Source of the DNA: an uncultured beta proteobacterium
GTDB taxonomy: Bacteria > Pseudomonadota > Gammaproteobacteria > Burkholderiales > Burkholderiaceae_C
Assembly (NCBI GenBank): GCA_963791595.1
Contig: CAWBTF010000014.1
Span: forward strand, 455,417 to 519,416
Direction: 5' to 3'
Length of the DNA stretch: 64,000 bases
Numbering within the stretch: the first letter of the stretch is position 1; each line of letters starts with the position of its first letter. Positions 11,729 to 20,877 of the stretch are shown here, one piece after another. The notes under the pieces were generated by a model. That model was given only the letters and a program-made list of their open reading frames with translations. It was not told where the DNA came from and searched no databases. The position numbers and the translations under genes were made by a program.

Positions 11729-12730
11729 TCATTTCGCGGTCGACTTCGGCTGGTTGTCGTCCACCTTCACCGTGAAGGTGCCCGCCAGGATCGCACCCTC
11801 CTTCGCGCGCATCTTCGCCACCACGTCGGCCGGCACTTTCTTCTCGAAAGTACCCAGCGGCGCGAGCTCCGAACCCTTGTGCTTCATCATCGAATAGGGG
11901 CCGTAGTCTTCGGCAGTGAACTTGCCTTCCTTTACCAGCTTGATCGCACGATCGATGCTCGGCTCCATGTGCCACAGCGCCGAGGCGACCACGGTGTCGG
12001 GGTACTTGTCCTGCGTGTTGATGACGTTGCCGATCGCCAGTTTGCCCTTTTCCTTGGCCGCATCGCTGACGCCGAAGCGCTCGGCGTACATCACGTCCGC
12101 GCCCTTGTCCATCATCGCGATCGCCGCTTCCTTGGCCTTCGGCGGGTCGAACCAGCTGTTGATGAAGCTCACCGTGAACTCGACCTTCGGGTTCACCTCT
12201 TTCGCGCCAGCCATGAAGGCATTCATCAGGCGGTTCACTTCGGGGATCGGAAAACCGCCGACCATGCCTATTCTGTTGCTCTTCGTCATGCCGCCCGCGA
12301 CCATGCCCGACAGGTACGCCGGCTCCTGGATGTAGTTGTCGAACACCGCGAAGTTGGGCGCCTGCGGCTTGCCCGAGCTGCCCATCAGGAATGCGACCTT
12401 CGGGAAGTCTTTCGCCACCTTGCGCCCGGCGGCTTCGACGCCGAACACCTCGCCGACGATCAGCGTATTGCCGCCGGTCGCGTATTCGCGCATCACTCGC
12501 TCGTAGTCGGCATTGGCGACGTTTTCGCTCGCCTTGTATTCGATCTCGCCGCGCGCGGCCGCCGCGTTCAGCGCCTTGTGGATGCGGCTTACCCATTGCT
12601 GCTCGAACGGCACGGTGTAGATGCCAGCGACTTTGAGTTTGGCCTGGGCCACGGCGAAACCGGGTGCGGCCAGGGCGATCGAGCCCGCCAGGGCGAGCAG
12701 GGAGCGGCGCAGTGCATGGTGTGGGGTCAT
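11729..12730 (-). CDS. BMP-family (Med/PnrA basic membrane lipoprotein) ABC substrate-binding protein, probably a nucleoside-binding component
   Basis: 333-aa protein with a signal peptide; family-typical …GFPIPEVNRLMNAFMAGAKEVNP…. Confidence 0.85.
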   Translation of the reverse strand: MTPHHALRRSLLALAGSIALAAPGFAVAQAKLKVAGIYTVPFEQQWVSRIHKALNAAAARGEIEYKASENVANADYERVMREYATGGNTLIVGEVFGVEAAGRKVAKDFPKVAFLMGSSGKPQAPNFAVFDNYIQEPAYLSGMVAGGMTKSNRIGMVGGFPIPEVNRLMNAFMAGAKEVNPKVEFTVSFINSWFDPPKAKEAAIAMMDKGADVMYAERFGVSDAAKEKGKLAIGNVINTQDKYPDTVVASALWHMEPSIDRAIKLVKEGKFTAEDYGPYSMMKHKGSELAPLGTFEKKVPADVVAKMRAKEGAILAGTFTVKVDDNQPKSTAK

Positions 12731-12890
12731 GGATTCTCCTTATGGGTGGGGATGGCGCGGGCGTGCACCTTTGTGTGGCGCGCCAGCAGGGCCTTGAATG
12801 TTGCCCAGGCTGGAACGACCGAGAAAGAGTGCTTATCCCTAGCGCCCGATTGCAGGTTCGGATGCCAGGCCCGCGGCGCCACAATGTCGC

Positions 12891-14426
12891 ATGAAAATGA
12901 GCTTGCCACCGATGAACTTGATCGACGAGTCCGCCGAGCGCTCGGCCGCGCTCGTGCGTCAGCTGATCGATTTGGGCGAGACGCGTCAGCGCGAGTTCAA
13001 GCGTGTCAGCGGCAAGATGGTCGGCAAGGCGTTGGAAACGGTGTGTGGTCTTGCCAACACCGATGGCGGCATTCTGGTGCTCGGCGTCGCCGACCTCAAG
13101 GAACACCAGAGCACGGCGCGGCTCTTCGGGACTGAAGAGAACCCGGAGGCTGTGGACGAGTTGCAGCGCAAGCTGCTCACGGAATTCCAACCACCGCTAA
13201 CGTCGGTGCGTTTGCGTCGGGTGTCCTGCACCTTGCACAACGGGCCGGCGAAAGGCCAGCTCGGGCATGTGCTGCTGGTCTGGGTTGACCGAAGTGACCG
13301 AGTCCATTCCATCGTCAACGGCGGCACGTTCACGCGTTTGGAGGCGGGAAATCGGCAGCTGACTGCAGCCGAGGTGACGGAATTGTCATACCGAAGGGGC
13401 GAGCGCAGTGCAGTCAACGAACCACTCCCGGTGGCGCTGGAGCGCTTGCAAACCGATGCGTGGCGGCGCTTTGCGGCCGGGCGCGGCCCGCTGACGGGAA
13501 ACTTCAGCGATCAGTTGCTTCGTCTTGGACTCGCCGAACAGGTGGCTGGATCCGTGCAACCGCGCCGTGCCGCGGTACTCCTGTTCGCCGACGAGCCGGG
13601 TGGCTTGCTGGCCGCGCACGACACACGCGCCGACGTACGTTTGATGGTCTACGACGGCAAGGCGGTGGTTGCGGGTGCCACACCCAATTTGCGCAAGCAA
13701 GCCAAGACGATTCGCGGCCCGCTGGTCGACCAGATCGACGCGACGGTTCGGGCGGTGCTGGACGAACTGGCGCAGGGCCTGACGCTGTCGGGAAGCGGAT
13801 TCAAGACTGTGCATGCCTATCCGGAACGCGTGGTCAAGGAAGCGATCGTCAATGCCGTCGTGCACCGCGACTATCGCCTCAACCGCGACATCTTTGTGCG
13901 CATCTTCGACGACCGGATCGAGGTGGAAAGCCCGGGCGTGTTTCCGGGGAACATCACCCCAGCCAACATCGCTCGAAAGGGATCGCAGGCGCGCAATCCG
14001 TTGATTGCAACCAACCTTCGAGAGTTTCCGGTTCCGCCGAACATCGACGCTGGCGAGGGTGTAAAGATGATGTTCGCCGAAATGGCGCGGGCCAAGCTCT
14101 ATCCCCCGCAGTACCGTCAGAGCGTGGACAAGGCGGTGGAGAGCGTGACGGTGACTCTTTTCAACCTGAAGCGACCTACTGCCTGGGACGAGGTGAGCGA
14201 CTGGATTGACAGAGTTGGCTCGATCGCCAACGCCGATGTCGTGCGTATCGCACAGGTGGATACGCTGAAGGCCTCGAAAATGTTGGTGGCATGGCGCGAG
14301 CAGGGCCTGCTGCAGGCGATGCCCTTTCGGGGCAAGCGCAACATGGCCTATACGAAGCCCAACCAGGCCGCAGAAGAAGCGCCGAACTTGTTATCTGGGC
14401 TCGAAGATAACAAGCCGGCTGGGTAA
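12891..14426 (+). CDS. ATP-binding protein with an N-terminal AlbA_2 (Schlafen-type divergent AAA, PF04326-like) domain and a C-terminal HATPase_c_4 (RecG C-terminal-like) domain; usually annotated as a putative transcriptional regulator
   Basis: motifs …REFKRVSGKMVGKALETVCGLANTDGGILVLGVAD… and …ERVVKEAIVNAVVHRDYRLNRDIFVRIFDDRIEVESPGVFPGNIT…. Confidence 0.75.
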   Translation: MKMSLPPMNLIDESAERSAALVRQLIDLGETRQREFKRVSGKMVGKALETVCGLANTDGGILVLGVADLKEHQSTARLFGTEENPEAVDELQRKLLTEFQPPLTSVRLRRVSCTLHNGPAKGQLGHVLLVWVDRSDRVHSIVNGGTFTRLEAGNRQLTAAEVTELSYRRGERSAVNEPLPVALERLQTDAWRRFAAGRGPLTGNFSDQLLRLGLAEQVAGSVQPRRAAVLLFADEPGGLLAAHDTRADVRLMVYDGKAVVAGATPNLRKQAKTIRGPLVDQIDATVRAVLDELAQGLTLSGSGFKTVHAYPERVVKEAIVNAVVHRDYRLNRDIFVRIFDDRIEVESPGVFPGNITPANIARKGSQARNPLIATNLREFPVPPNIDAGEGVKMMFAEMARAKLYPPQYRQSVDKAVESVTVTLFNLKRPTAWDEVSDWIDRVGSIANADVVRIAQVDTLKASKMLVAWREQGLLQAMPFRGKRNMAYTKPNQAAEEAPNLLSGLEDNKPAG

Positions 14427-14501
14427 CAAAACCTCTTGTAAATCAGTAAGTTAGCGTGACTCTCTTTATCCCCAAAGGCAATTCCCGAACCGAGTCGCAT
14501 C

Positions 14502-15023
14502 ATGGAATCACCGGCGGACGCAGCCCCCGCCAATGGCGAGCGTTGGAAACCCAGCGTCACCGTCGCCGCGATCATCGAGCACGACGGGCGCTACCTGCTC
14601 GTCGAGGAAAAAACCTCCGAGGGCCTGAAGCTGAACAACCCGGCCGGGCACCTGGACCCGGGCGAATCGCCGCTGCAAGGCGTGGTGCGCGAGGCATTGG
14701 AAGAAACGGCGCGTCAGTTCACACCGCAGGCCGTGCTGGGAATCTACCTGTCGCGCTTTCGACGCCAGCGCAGCGGCGAAGACATCACGTACTTGCGCAT
14801 CGCGTTTTGTGGAACGGTGAGCGACGCCGACCTCAGCCGACCGCTGGACGACCCGATCGTTCGCACGCTGTGGATGACGCCCGACGAAGTGCGCGAAAGC
14901 CGAGCCAGGCACCGCAGCCCCCTGCTGCTGCGCTGCATCGAAGACCACCTGGCCGGAAAACGCTTCAGTCTGGATGTGCTGCACGCTGATGCGTCGCTGT
15001 GGCAGCCGGAACTGCGGCCCTGA
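14502..15023 (+). CDS. NUDIX hydrolase (NudJ-like; frequently found upstream of mnmA)
   Basis: Nudix box GHLDPGESPLQGVVREALEETARQF. Confidence 0.8.
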   Translation: MESPADAAPANGERWKPSVTVAAIIEHDGRYLLVEEKTSEGLKLNNPAGHLDPGESPLQGVVREALEETARQFTPQAVLGIYLSRFRRQRSGEDITYLRIAFCGTVSDADLSRPLDDPIVRTLWMTPDEVRESRARHRSPLLLRCIEDHLAGKRFSLDVLHADASLWQPELRP

Positions 15024-15074
15024 GCGCCACCTTGGCGGGCGGCAGTCGTCGTCCCGCCCCGACAGCGGCCCTGA

Positions 15075-16049
15075 TCAATCGGGCTTGATCCCCGCCCGCG
15101 TCACGATCTCTTTCCACACCTTCTGCTGCTGCGCGATGAACGCGGCAAATTCCTCCGGCGGCCCGCCGCCGCCGACCGCGCTGTCGCTCGCAAAGCGCTC
15201 CGTCACCGCGTTCGACTTGAGCGCCTTCAGCGACTCTTCCTGCAGCCGCAGCACCACGTCGCGCGGCGTTCCGGCCGGCGCGAGGATGCCGTACCACTGC
15301 GAAGTCTCGAAGTCCTTGTAGCCCATCTCGGCGACGGTGGGCACCTCGGGCAACTGCGCCAGGCGCTGCGCGGTGCCCACCGCGATCGCGCGCAGCTTGC
15401 CCGCTTTGATGTGCGGCAGCAGCGCCGGCAAACCGGCCGATGAAGCCTGGGTGCGCCCGGCGAGCAGGTCGGTGAGCTGCGGACCGGTGCCGCGGTAGGG
15501 CACATGCGTGATCGACAGCCCGGTCACGAGCTTCAGGTACTCCATCGCCAGGTGCCCGGCGCTGGCATTGCCGGCCGAGCCGTAGTTCAGCTTGTCCGGG
15601 TGCTGCTTGGCGTAGGCGACGAATTCCTTGAAGTCCTTCGCCGGCACCTCGGGGTGGATCACAAACAGGTTGGGCACCTTGGCGAGCAGCGTCACGGGAA
15701 CGAAGTCCTTGTTCACGTCGTACGGCTGGTTCGGGAAGATGTAGGGGTTGACCGCGAGCGAGCCCACATGGCCGAGGATGATGGTGTGGCCGTCGGGCGC
15801 GGCCTTGGCCACGTCTTGCATCGCCGGGATGCCGGCGCCGCCGCCCTTGTTCTCCACATAAACGGTTTGGCCGAGCTGTTTGGTGAGTTCGTTCGCGACG
15901 GTGCGCGCGACGATTTCCGACGTGCCGCCCGGCGCGAACGGCACGACGAAGCGCACCGCTTGTCTGGGCCAGGCCGCTTGCGCGAAGCTCCAGCGCGGCA
16001 GCGCCAGGGCGGATGCGGCGAGCAGGGTGCGGCGGTTCACTGCGTTCAT
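15075..16049 (-). CDS. TctC/Bug-family tripartite tricarboxylate transporter substrate-binding protein
   Basis: 324-aa protein with a signal peptide and the Bug signature …VENKGGGAGIPAMQDVAKAAPDGHTI…. Confidence 0.85.
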   Translation of the reverse strand: MNAVNRRTLLAASALALPRWSFAQAAWPRQAVRFVVPFAPGGTSEIVARTVANELTKQLGQTVYVENKGGGAGIPAMQDVAKAAPDGHTIILGHVGSLAVNPYIFPNQPYDVNKDFVPVTLLAKVPNLFVIHPEVPAKDFKEFVAYAKQHPDKLNYGSAGNASAGHLAMEYLKLVTGLSITHVPYRGTGPQLTDLLAGRTQASSAGLPALLPHIKAGKLRAIAVGTAQRLAQLPEVPTVAEMGYKDFETSQWYGILAPAGTPRDVVLRLQEESLKALKSNAVTERFASDSAVGGGGPPEEFAAFIAQQQKVWKEIVTRAGIKPD

Positions 16050-16104
16050 GGTGTCTGCTCCGCGGTCGGGGCTTCGAGGTTCGTAGCGGGTCGGGGCCGT
16101 GGTG

Positions 16105-16872
16105 TCAAAACTGGTAGCGCCGCAAGCCGCCGTCCACGGGGATCACGGTACCGGTGATGTAGCTCGCGCGCGGACTGGCGAGGAACACCACCAGGTCGGC
16201 GAGGTCCTGCGGTTCGCCGTAGCGGCCCACGGGGATCTCGTTCTCCGCCTGCCACTGCCGATGCTCGGGCGTGTAGTTGCGAAAAATCTGCTCCGAGTGG
16301 ATGCGCCCCGGCGCGATGCAATTCACCGTGATGCCCTGCTTGCCCACCATTCGGCTCAAGCCCTTGGCCCAGCTGTGCATGCCGGCCTTCGCGCAGAACG
16401 CGCCGTTCACATGGTCGGGCTCGCTTTTTCCCGTGATGTTGACGATGCGGCCCCAGCGGCGCGCGACCATGCTGTCGATCAGCGCCTCGGCCAACTGGCG
16501 CGGCCGGTGGAAGTTCAGCGTCATTGCCTCGCTCCACGCCGCCTCGCCGACGTGCAGTTGCGTGAACGCCCGCGACCCGCCGGCGTTGTTGATCAGGATG
16601 TCCACCGTGCCCAGGCCTGCGCTTGCAGCGGCGGCGATGCGCTGCGGCGCGTCTTGCGCCAGGATGTCCTGCACCACGATCACCGGCGCCACGCCGCCGG
16701 CCGCGACGATCTCGGCGGCCAATTCTTCGAGCTGGTCGCCACGGCGCGCAGTGATCGCCAGCCGCACGCCCTCGGCCGCGAGCGCCTTTGCGATGCCGCG
16801 ACCGATGCCCACGCTCGCTCCGGTGACGAGCGCGGTTCGCCCTTGCAATTGCATGTCCATCGTGGGCTGCAC
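16105..16872 (-). CDS. SDR-family oxidoreductase
   Basis: [12 protein letters not shown] cofactor motif and a YxxxK-type catalytic region. Confidence 0.8.
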   Translation of the reverse strand: MQPTMDMQLQGRTALVTGASVGIGRGIAKALAAEGVRLAITARRGDQLEELAAEIVAAGGVAPVIVVQDILAQDAPQRIAAAASAGLGTVDILINNAGGSRAFTQLHVGEAAWSEAMTLNFHRPRQLAEALIDSMVARRWGRIVNITGKSEPDHVNGAFCAKAGMHSWAKGLSRMVGKQGITVNCIAPGRIHSEQIFRNYTPEHRQWQAENEIPVGRYGEPQDLADLVVFLASPRASYITGTVIPVDGGLRRYQF

Positions 16873-16923
16873 TGTAAGCCCCCGCGCGCCGTCGCAATAG
16901 CCTGGCCCGGGATAATCCCAGGG

Positions 16924-18060
16924 GTGAAAACATCAGCCCACCAAGCGCAACGCATCGTCGTCGGCCTTTCCGGAGGCGTGGACTCGGCCGTCAGCGCGCT
17001 GCTGCTCAAGCGTGCCGGCCACGAAGTGGTGGGCGTGTTCATGAAGAACTGGGAGGATGACGACGACAACGAATACTGTTCGTCGAACGCCGATTTCGTC
17101 GATGCCGCGGCCGTGGCCGACGTGATCGGCATCGAGATCGAACATGTCAACTTCGCCGCCGATTACAAGGACCGCGTCTTCGCCGAGTTCCTGCGCGAAT
17201 ACCAGGCCGGCCGCACGCCGAACCCTGACGTGCTGTGCAACGCCGAAATCAAGTTCAAGGCGTTCCTCGACCACGCAATGGTTCTCGGCGCGGAGAAAAT
17301 TGCCACCGGCCACTACGCACGCGTGCGCGAGCGCGACGGGCGCTTCGAGCTGCTGCGAGGGCTGGACCGCACGAAAGACCAGAGCTACTTCCTGCACCGC
17401 TTGAGCCAGGCGCAACTGGCGAAGACGCTTTTCCCGGTGGGCGAGCTGCCCAAGACCGAAGTTCGGCGCCTGGCCGAAGAGGCTGGCCTGCCGGTGGCCG
17501 CCAAGAAAGACTCGACCGGCATCTGCTTCATCGGCGAGCGGCCGTTTCGCGAGTTCCTCGAACGCTACCTCGCGAACCAGCCCGGGCCGATCACAGACGA
17601 GCGTGGGCGGATCATCGGCGAGCACGTGGGCCTGAGCTTCTACACGCTCGGCCAGCGCAAGGGCATGGGCATCGGCGGTGTGAAGGCGAAGCGCTCGGCG
17701 CGTGGCGGCGGCGAGCACGAGCCTTGGTTCGTCGCGCGCAAGGATGTCGCGAACAACACGCTGATCGTGGTGCAGGGCCACGAGCATCCGATGCTGCAAT
17801 CGCTGAAGCTGCAAGCGCTTGATGCGAGTTGGGTCGCGGGCGAAGCGCCCAGTCCCGCGCGGCGCAGTGCGAAAACGCGCTATCGACAGGCTGATGCGGC
17901 TTGCGAGCTGGACATTGCGCCGCCTGTGTCTGATGCCATGAACCGCGGGTTCGCGCTCAGCTTCGATTCGCCGCAGTGGGCCGTGACGCCGGGCCAGTCT
18001 GCCGTGCTCTACGACGGCGAGGTGTGCTTGGGCGGCGGGGTCATCGAGGCAGCGCTGTAG
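16924..18060 (+). CDS. mnmA: tRNA-specific 2-thiouridylase MnmA (GTG start inside the long ORF 16099-18060)
   Basis: PP-loop [32 protein letters not shown]…; the C-terminal region is also conserved. Confidence 0.9.
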   Translation: MKTSAHQAQRIVVGLSGGVDSAVSALLLKRAGHEVVGVFMKNWEDDDDNEYCSSNADFVDAAAVADVIGIEIEHVNFAADYKDRVFAEFLREYQAGRTPNPDVLCNAEIKFKAFLDHAMVLGAEKIATGHYARVRERDGRFELLRGLDRTKDQSYFLHRLSQAQLAKTLFPVGELPKTEVRRLAEEAGLPVAAKKDSTGICFIGERPFREFLERYLANQPGPITDERGRIIGEHVGLSFYTLGQRKGMGIGGVKAKRSARGGGEHEPWFVARKDVANNTLIVVQGHEHPMLQSLKLQALDASWVAGEAPSPARRSAKTRYRQADAACELDIAPPVSDAMNRGFALSFDSPQWAVTPGQSAVLYDGEVCLGGGVIEAAL

Positions 18061-18145
18061 CCACAGGCTCAGCCAGCGGCGCGCGCGCCACGGCGCGAAT
18101 TACGGTGAGCGAAGCGGCCGGCAGTGGAGCGCGCCTGCGTCCGAG

Positions 18146-18511
18146 CGGCAGGGCGGCGGCGCCGCCCCCGTTCTCCGGCCCACGCTCGCGGGGTACCACC
18201 GAGGTTGGCAACGGCCATTCTCGTCATCGCGGCCTGTGCCCTGGCAACGCTTGCGGGCCACCGCGAATGGGGCCTGCGAACGGGGGCACCACCACCGCCC
18301 TGTGCACGGTCGTTGGCGCGGCACCTCGTTGACCGTCACCTTTCGTGCCGGGGCAGGTGGCTCGGGGTGCGTTCGCAGGCCCCATTCGCGGTGGCCCGCA
18401 AACGGTTCCTTGGCACTGGCGGTGTTGACGCATGAACGCATCCTGACCACGGCGGTACCCCGCGAGCGTGGGCCGGAGAACGCACCCCGGGCCACCTGCC
18501 CGTGCTCGATG
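18146..18511 (+). repeat. MITE-like repeat, copy B (TIR TTCTCCGGCCCACGCTCGCGGGGTACC … GGTACCCCGCGAGCGTGGGCCGGAGAA)
   Basis: about 93-95% identical to copy C; lies intergenic between mnmA and the CAP-domain gene. Confidence 0.8.
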
Positions 18512-18574
18512 CCGGGGCGCAACGCGGGAGGCGGCGTGACCGAGGCCAGCGCGGCAGCGGCGTTTGCTCGGGGC

Positions 18575-19156
18575 TTACTGCGGCTTGCCCAGGTCCATCG
18601 TCCAGTACGTCGTGTAGGTGTTGCCTGCGGCGCCTGAAACGCACACCAGGCCGAGGTCGACCAGGTTCGGGTCCATGATGTTCGCGCAGTGGCCGTCGCT
18701 GGCCATCCAGCCGTCGATCACCTGGTCCATCGTGGTCTGGCCCGCGGCAATGTTCTCGGCAATCGCGCTCCAGGCGTAGCCGGTGGCATTGATGCGCTGC
18801 GCCAGCGTGCTTCCGGCGGAGCCGGTGTGCGAGAAGAAATTGTTCGCCTTCATGTCCTGCGAGTGCACTTCGGCGGCCTGGGTCAGCGCAGTGTTCCAGC
18901 GCAACGCCGCAGCAGGCGCGAACGTTCCCGCGGTCCGGCATGACGCGCCCGCCGCCCGGTACTGATTCACCCGAGCCAAGGCCGTCGCCTGGAAATCGGC
19001 CAAGCCGCAGGTCGACGCAGTGGCGTTCGGCGACAGGCCTGCGGGAGCGCTGCCCAGCGGGTCGCCGCCACCGCAGGCGGCCAAAGCCGTGAACGACGCG
19101 ACGATGGCGGTGCGGCGGAGCGCGCTCGCGGCGCGCAAAGCATGCTGTTGTTTCAT
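18575..19156 (-). CDS. CAP/SCP/PR1-like domain secreted lipoprotein (probable start MKQQHALRAA…; lipobox LAACGG)
   Basis: C-terminal CAP-domain motifs GHYTQVVW-like (…DGHCANIMDPNLVDLG…). Confidence 0.65.
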   Translation of the reverse strand: MKQQHALRAASALRRTAIVASFTALAACGGGDPLGSAPAGLSPNATASTCGLADFQATALARVNQYRAAGASCRTAGTFAPAAALRWNTALTQAAEVHSQDMKANNFFSHTGSAGSTLAQRINATGYAWSAIAENIAAGQTTMDQVIDGWMASDGHCANIMDPNLVDLGLVCVSGAAGNTYTTYWTMDLGKPQ

Positions 19157-19287
19157 GGAGCCGCAGGCTAGCGAATCGACGAATCGCGAGGCGTAAGAAC
19201 CGGTAAGGCGCGTGTAGGCACTGCGCTGCACGCTGCGCCTAGAATGAAAAATCGGCACTTTCGGTCATTGCCCTTCACGCTGCAAGA

Positions 19288-19821
19288 ATGGAACGCGCCC
19301 CTGATCTTGTCGCCAAGAGCCAGCGCCGCGCGGCGTTCGCACCGCTGCACTGGATCGGCGTGGCGCTGCTGGCCGCCTTGCTCACGGCGTGCGCGGGAAT
19401 CAAACTCGTTGCCGACTACGACGCCGAGGCAGCCAAGGCCATCGCCGACACGTCGTCGGCGGTGTTCGCGTTTTACGATCGCATGATTTCCGCGCGCGCC
19501 ACGCCGCCGCGGCCGGCCACGCTGGCGTACCGCGACTTTGCCGACGACTGGGGCCGCATCGAAACCCAGATCCGCGTGATGCTGGTGCGCGAAGAGTCGC
19601 GCCCGTTGAATGCCGACTCCGAAGCGATCACGAAAACGATCCTCGGCTTCTGGGCCAACTACCGCAACAAGCACTTGACGACGGACGACTACAACGCGCG
19701 GCTGCTGACGATCCACCGCGACCGATTCCAGCGCCTGTTCGCCGCCGCGCTGCGCGCCGAAAAAGCGAAGCAGTTGAACGCCGCGGACAGCAACCCCGCG
19801 GCCGCGGAAACCGAACCCTAA
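19288..19821 (+). CDS. hypothetical lipoprotein (lipobox LLTAC)
   Basis: 177-aa ORF with a signal peptide; no recognisable domain. Confidence 0.5.
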   Translation: MERAPDLVAKSQRRAAFAPLHWIGVALLAALLTACAGIKLVADYDAEAAKAIADTSSAVFAFYDRMISARATPPRPATLAYRDFADDWGRIETQIRVMLVREESRPLNADSEAITKTILGFWANYRNKHLTTDDYNARLLTIHRDRFQRLFAAALRAEKAKQLNAADSNPAAAETEP

Positions 19822-19829
19822 GGCAATCC

Positions 19830-20156
19830 ATGGCCATCGACTGGGAAGCCATCTTCAAGTCCGCCGCCATGGCGGCTACCGACGCGGTGAAGACGAACGC
19901 GCCCCAGGTCGAGGACTTTCTGCGCGAGATCGCCCAGGGCCACGAAGACGCGCTGAAGGAGATCGGCGACGCGTTTGCCGTGGGCGACATCGACGAAGCG
20001 ACGTTCAAGTCCGAACTCGCCGACGAGGCCAAGACGCTCGAGGCCGAGTTGCGCGCCGTGGCGGTGCTCAGCAAGGCGATCGCGCAACGCGCGGTGAATG
20101 CGTTTCGCGATGCGCTGTTCAGCGGCGTGAAGACCGCGCTCGCGGTCGTGATTTAA
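19830..20156 (+). CDS. hypothetical small acidic alpha-helical protein (108 aa)
   Basis: ATG at 19830, 9 nt after the preceding stop, same operon; no signal peptide. Confidence 0.45.
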   Translation: MAIDWEAIFKSAAMAATDAVKTNAPQVEDFLREIAQGHEDALKEIGDAFAVGDIDEATFKSELADEAKTLEAELRAVAVLSKAIAQRAVNAFRDALFSGVKTALAVVI

Positions 20157-20165
20157 GGGCTGCCC

Positions 20166-20864
20166 ATGGCCACAGGCGCAGAGTTGCTCGAACTGGCGAG
20201 CCGGCACGTGAACCAGACCTACGTGCTCGGCGCCAAGGTGCCGAAAGACAACCCGCACTGGACGGGGCCCTGGGACTGCGCCGAATTCGCCTCCTGGTGC
20301 GTGTACCAGGTGAGCCGCAAGATCTTCGGCTGCGACCAGACCCGCAACCCGAGCACCGCCGACGCCTACACGGGCCATTGGCGAGCCGACGCGCAGCGCG
20401 CGCGCTGCACCGTGCCGATCGTCACCGCAAAGTCGACCCCGGGCGCCTTCGTGCTGCGCTTTCCCGCCGCGCACCTGAACGGCCACATTGCGATCTGCGA
20501 CGGCGAAGGTGGCACCGTCGAGGCGCATTCGCAGGCGCGCGGGGTCATTCGCGATCGGGTCGACGGGCGGCGCTGGGACGTCGGCGTCATGCCGCCGATG
20601 ATCGACTACGAAGAGCCCAACGTGCTGCGGCCGTTCGTTCCCGCCGGCCTGGTGCTGCGCCTGAAGCAGCCGAACATGAAGGGCGCGCTGATCGCGCGGC
20701 TGCAGGCCGAGCTGAACGTGCGCGGCTTCGGCGTCGGAACGATCGATGGCGTGTACGGCCCGCACACCGCCGCGGCGGTGCATGCCTTTCAACTCAGCCA
20801 GGGGTTGGTGCCCGACGGCGAAGCCGGGCGCACAACGCTGCGGGCGCTGGGTCTGAAGGCATAG
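20166..20864 (+). CDS. NlpC/P60-CHAP-type papain-like peptidoglycan hydrolase with a C-terminal PG_binding_1 domain; no signal peptide
   Basis: YVLGAKVP…GPWDCAEFASWCVYQ (catalytic Cys) and …NGHIAICDGEGG (His); C-terminus …LIARLQAELNVRGFGVGTIDGVYGPHTAAAVHAFQLSQGL… (peptidoglycan-binding repeat). Confidence 0.7.
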   Translation: MATGAELLELASRHVNQTYVLGAKVPKDNPHWTGPWDCAEFASWCVYQVSRKIFGCDQTRNPSTADAYTGHWRADAQRARCTVPIVTAKSTPGAFVLRFPAAHLNGHIAICDGEGGTVEAHSQARGVIRDRVDGRRWDVGVMPPMIDYEEPNVLRPFVPAGLVLRLKQPNMKGALIARLQAELNVRGFGVGTIDGVYGPHTAAAVHAFQLSQGLVPDGEAGRTTLRALGLKA

Positions 20865-20877
20865 GGACAGGGACTGC

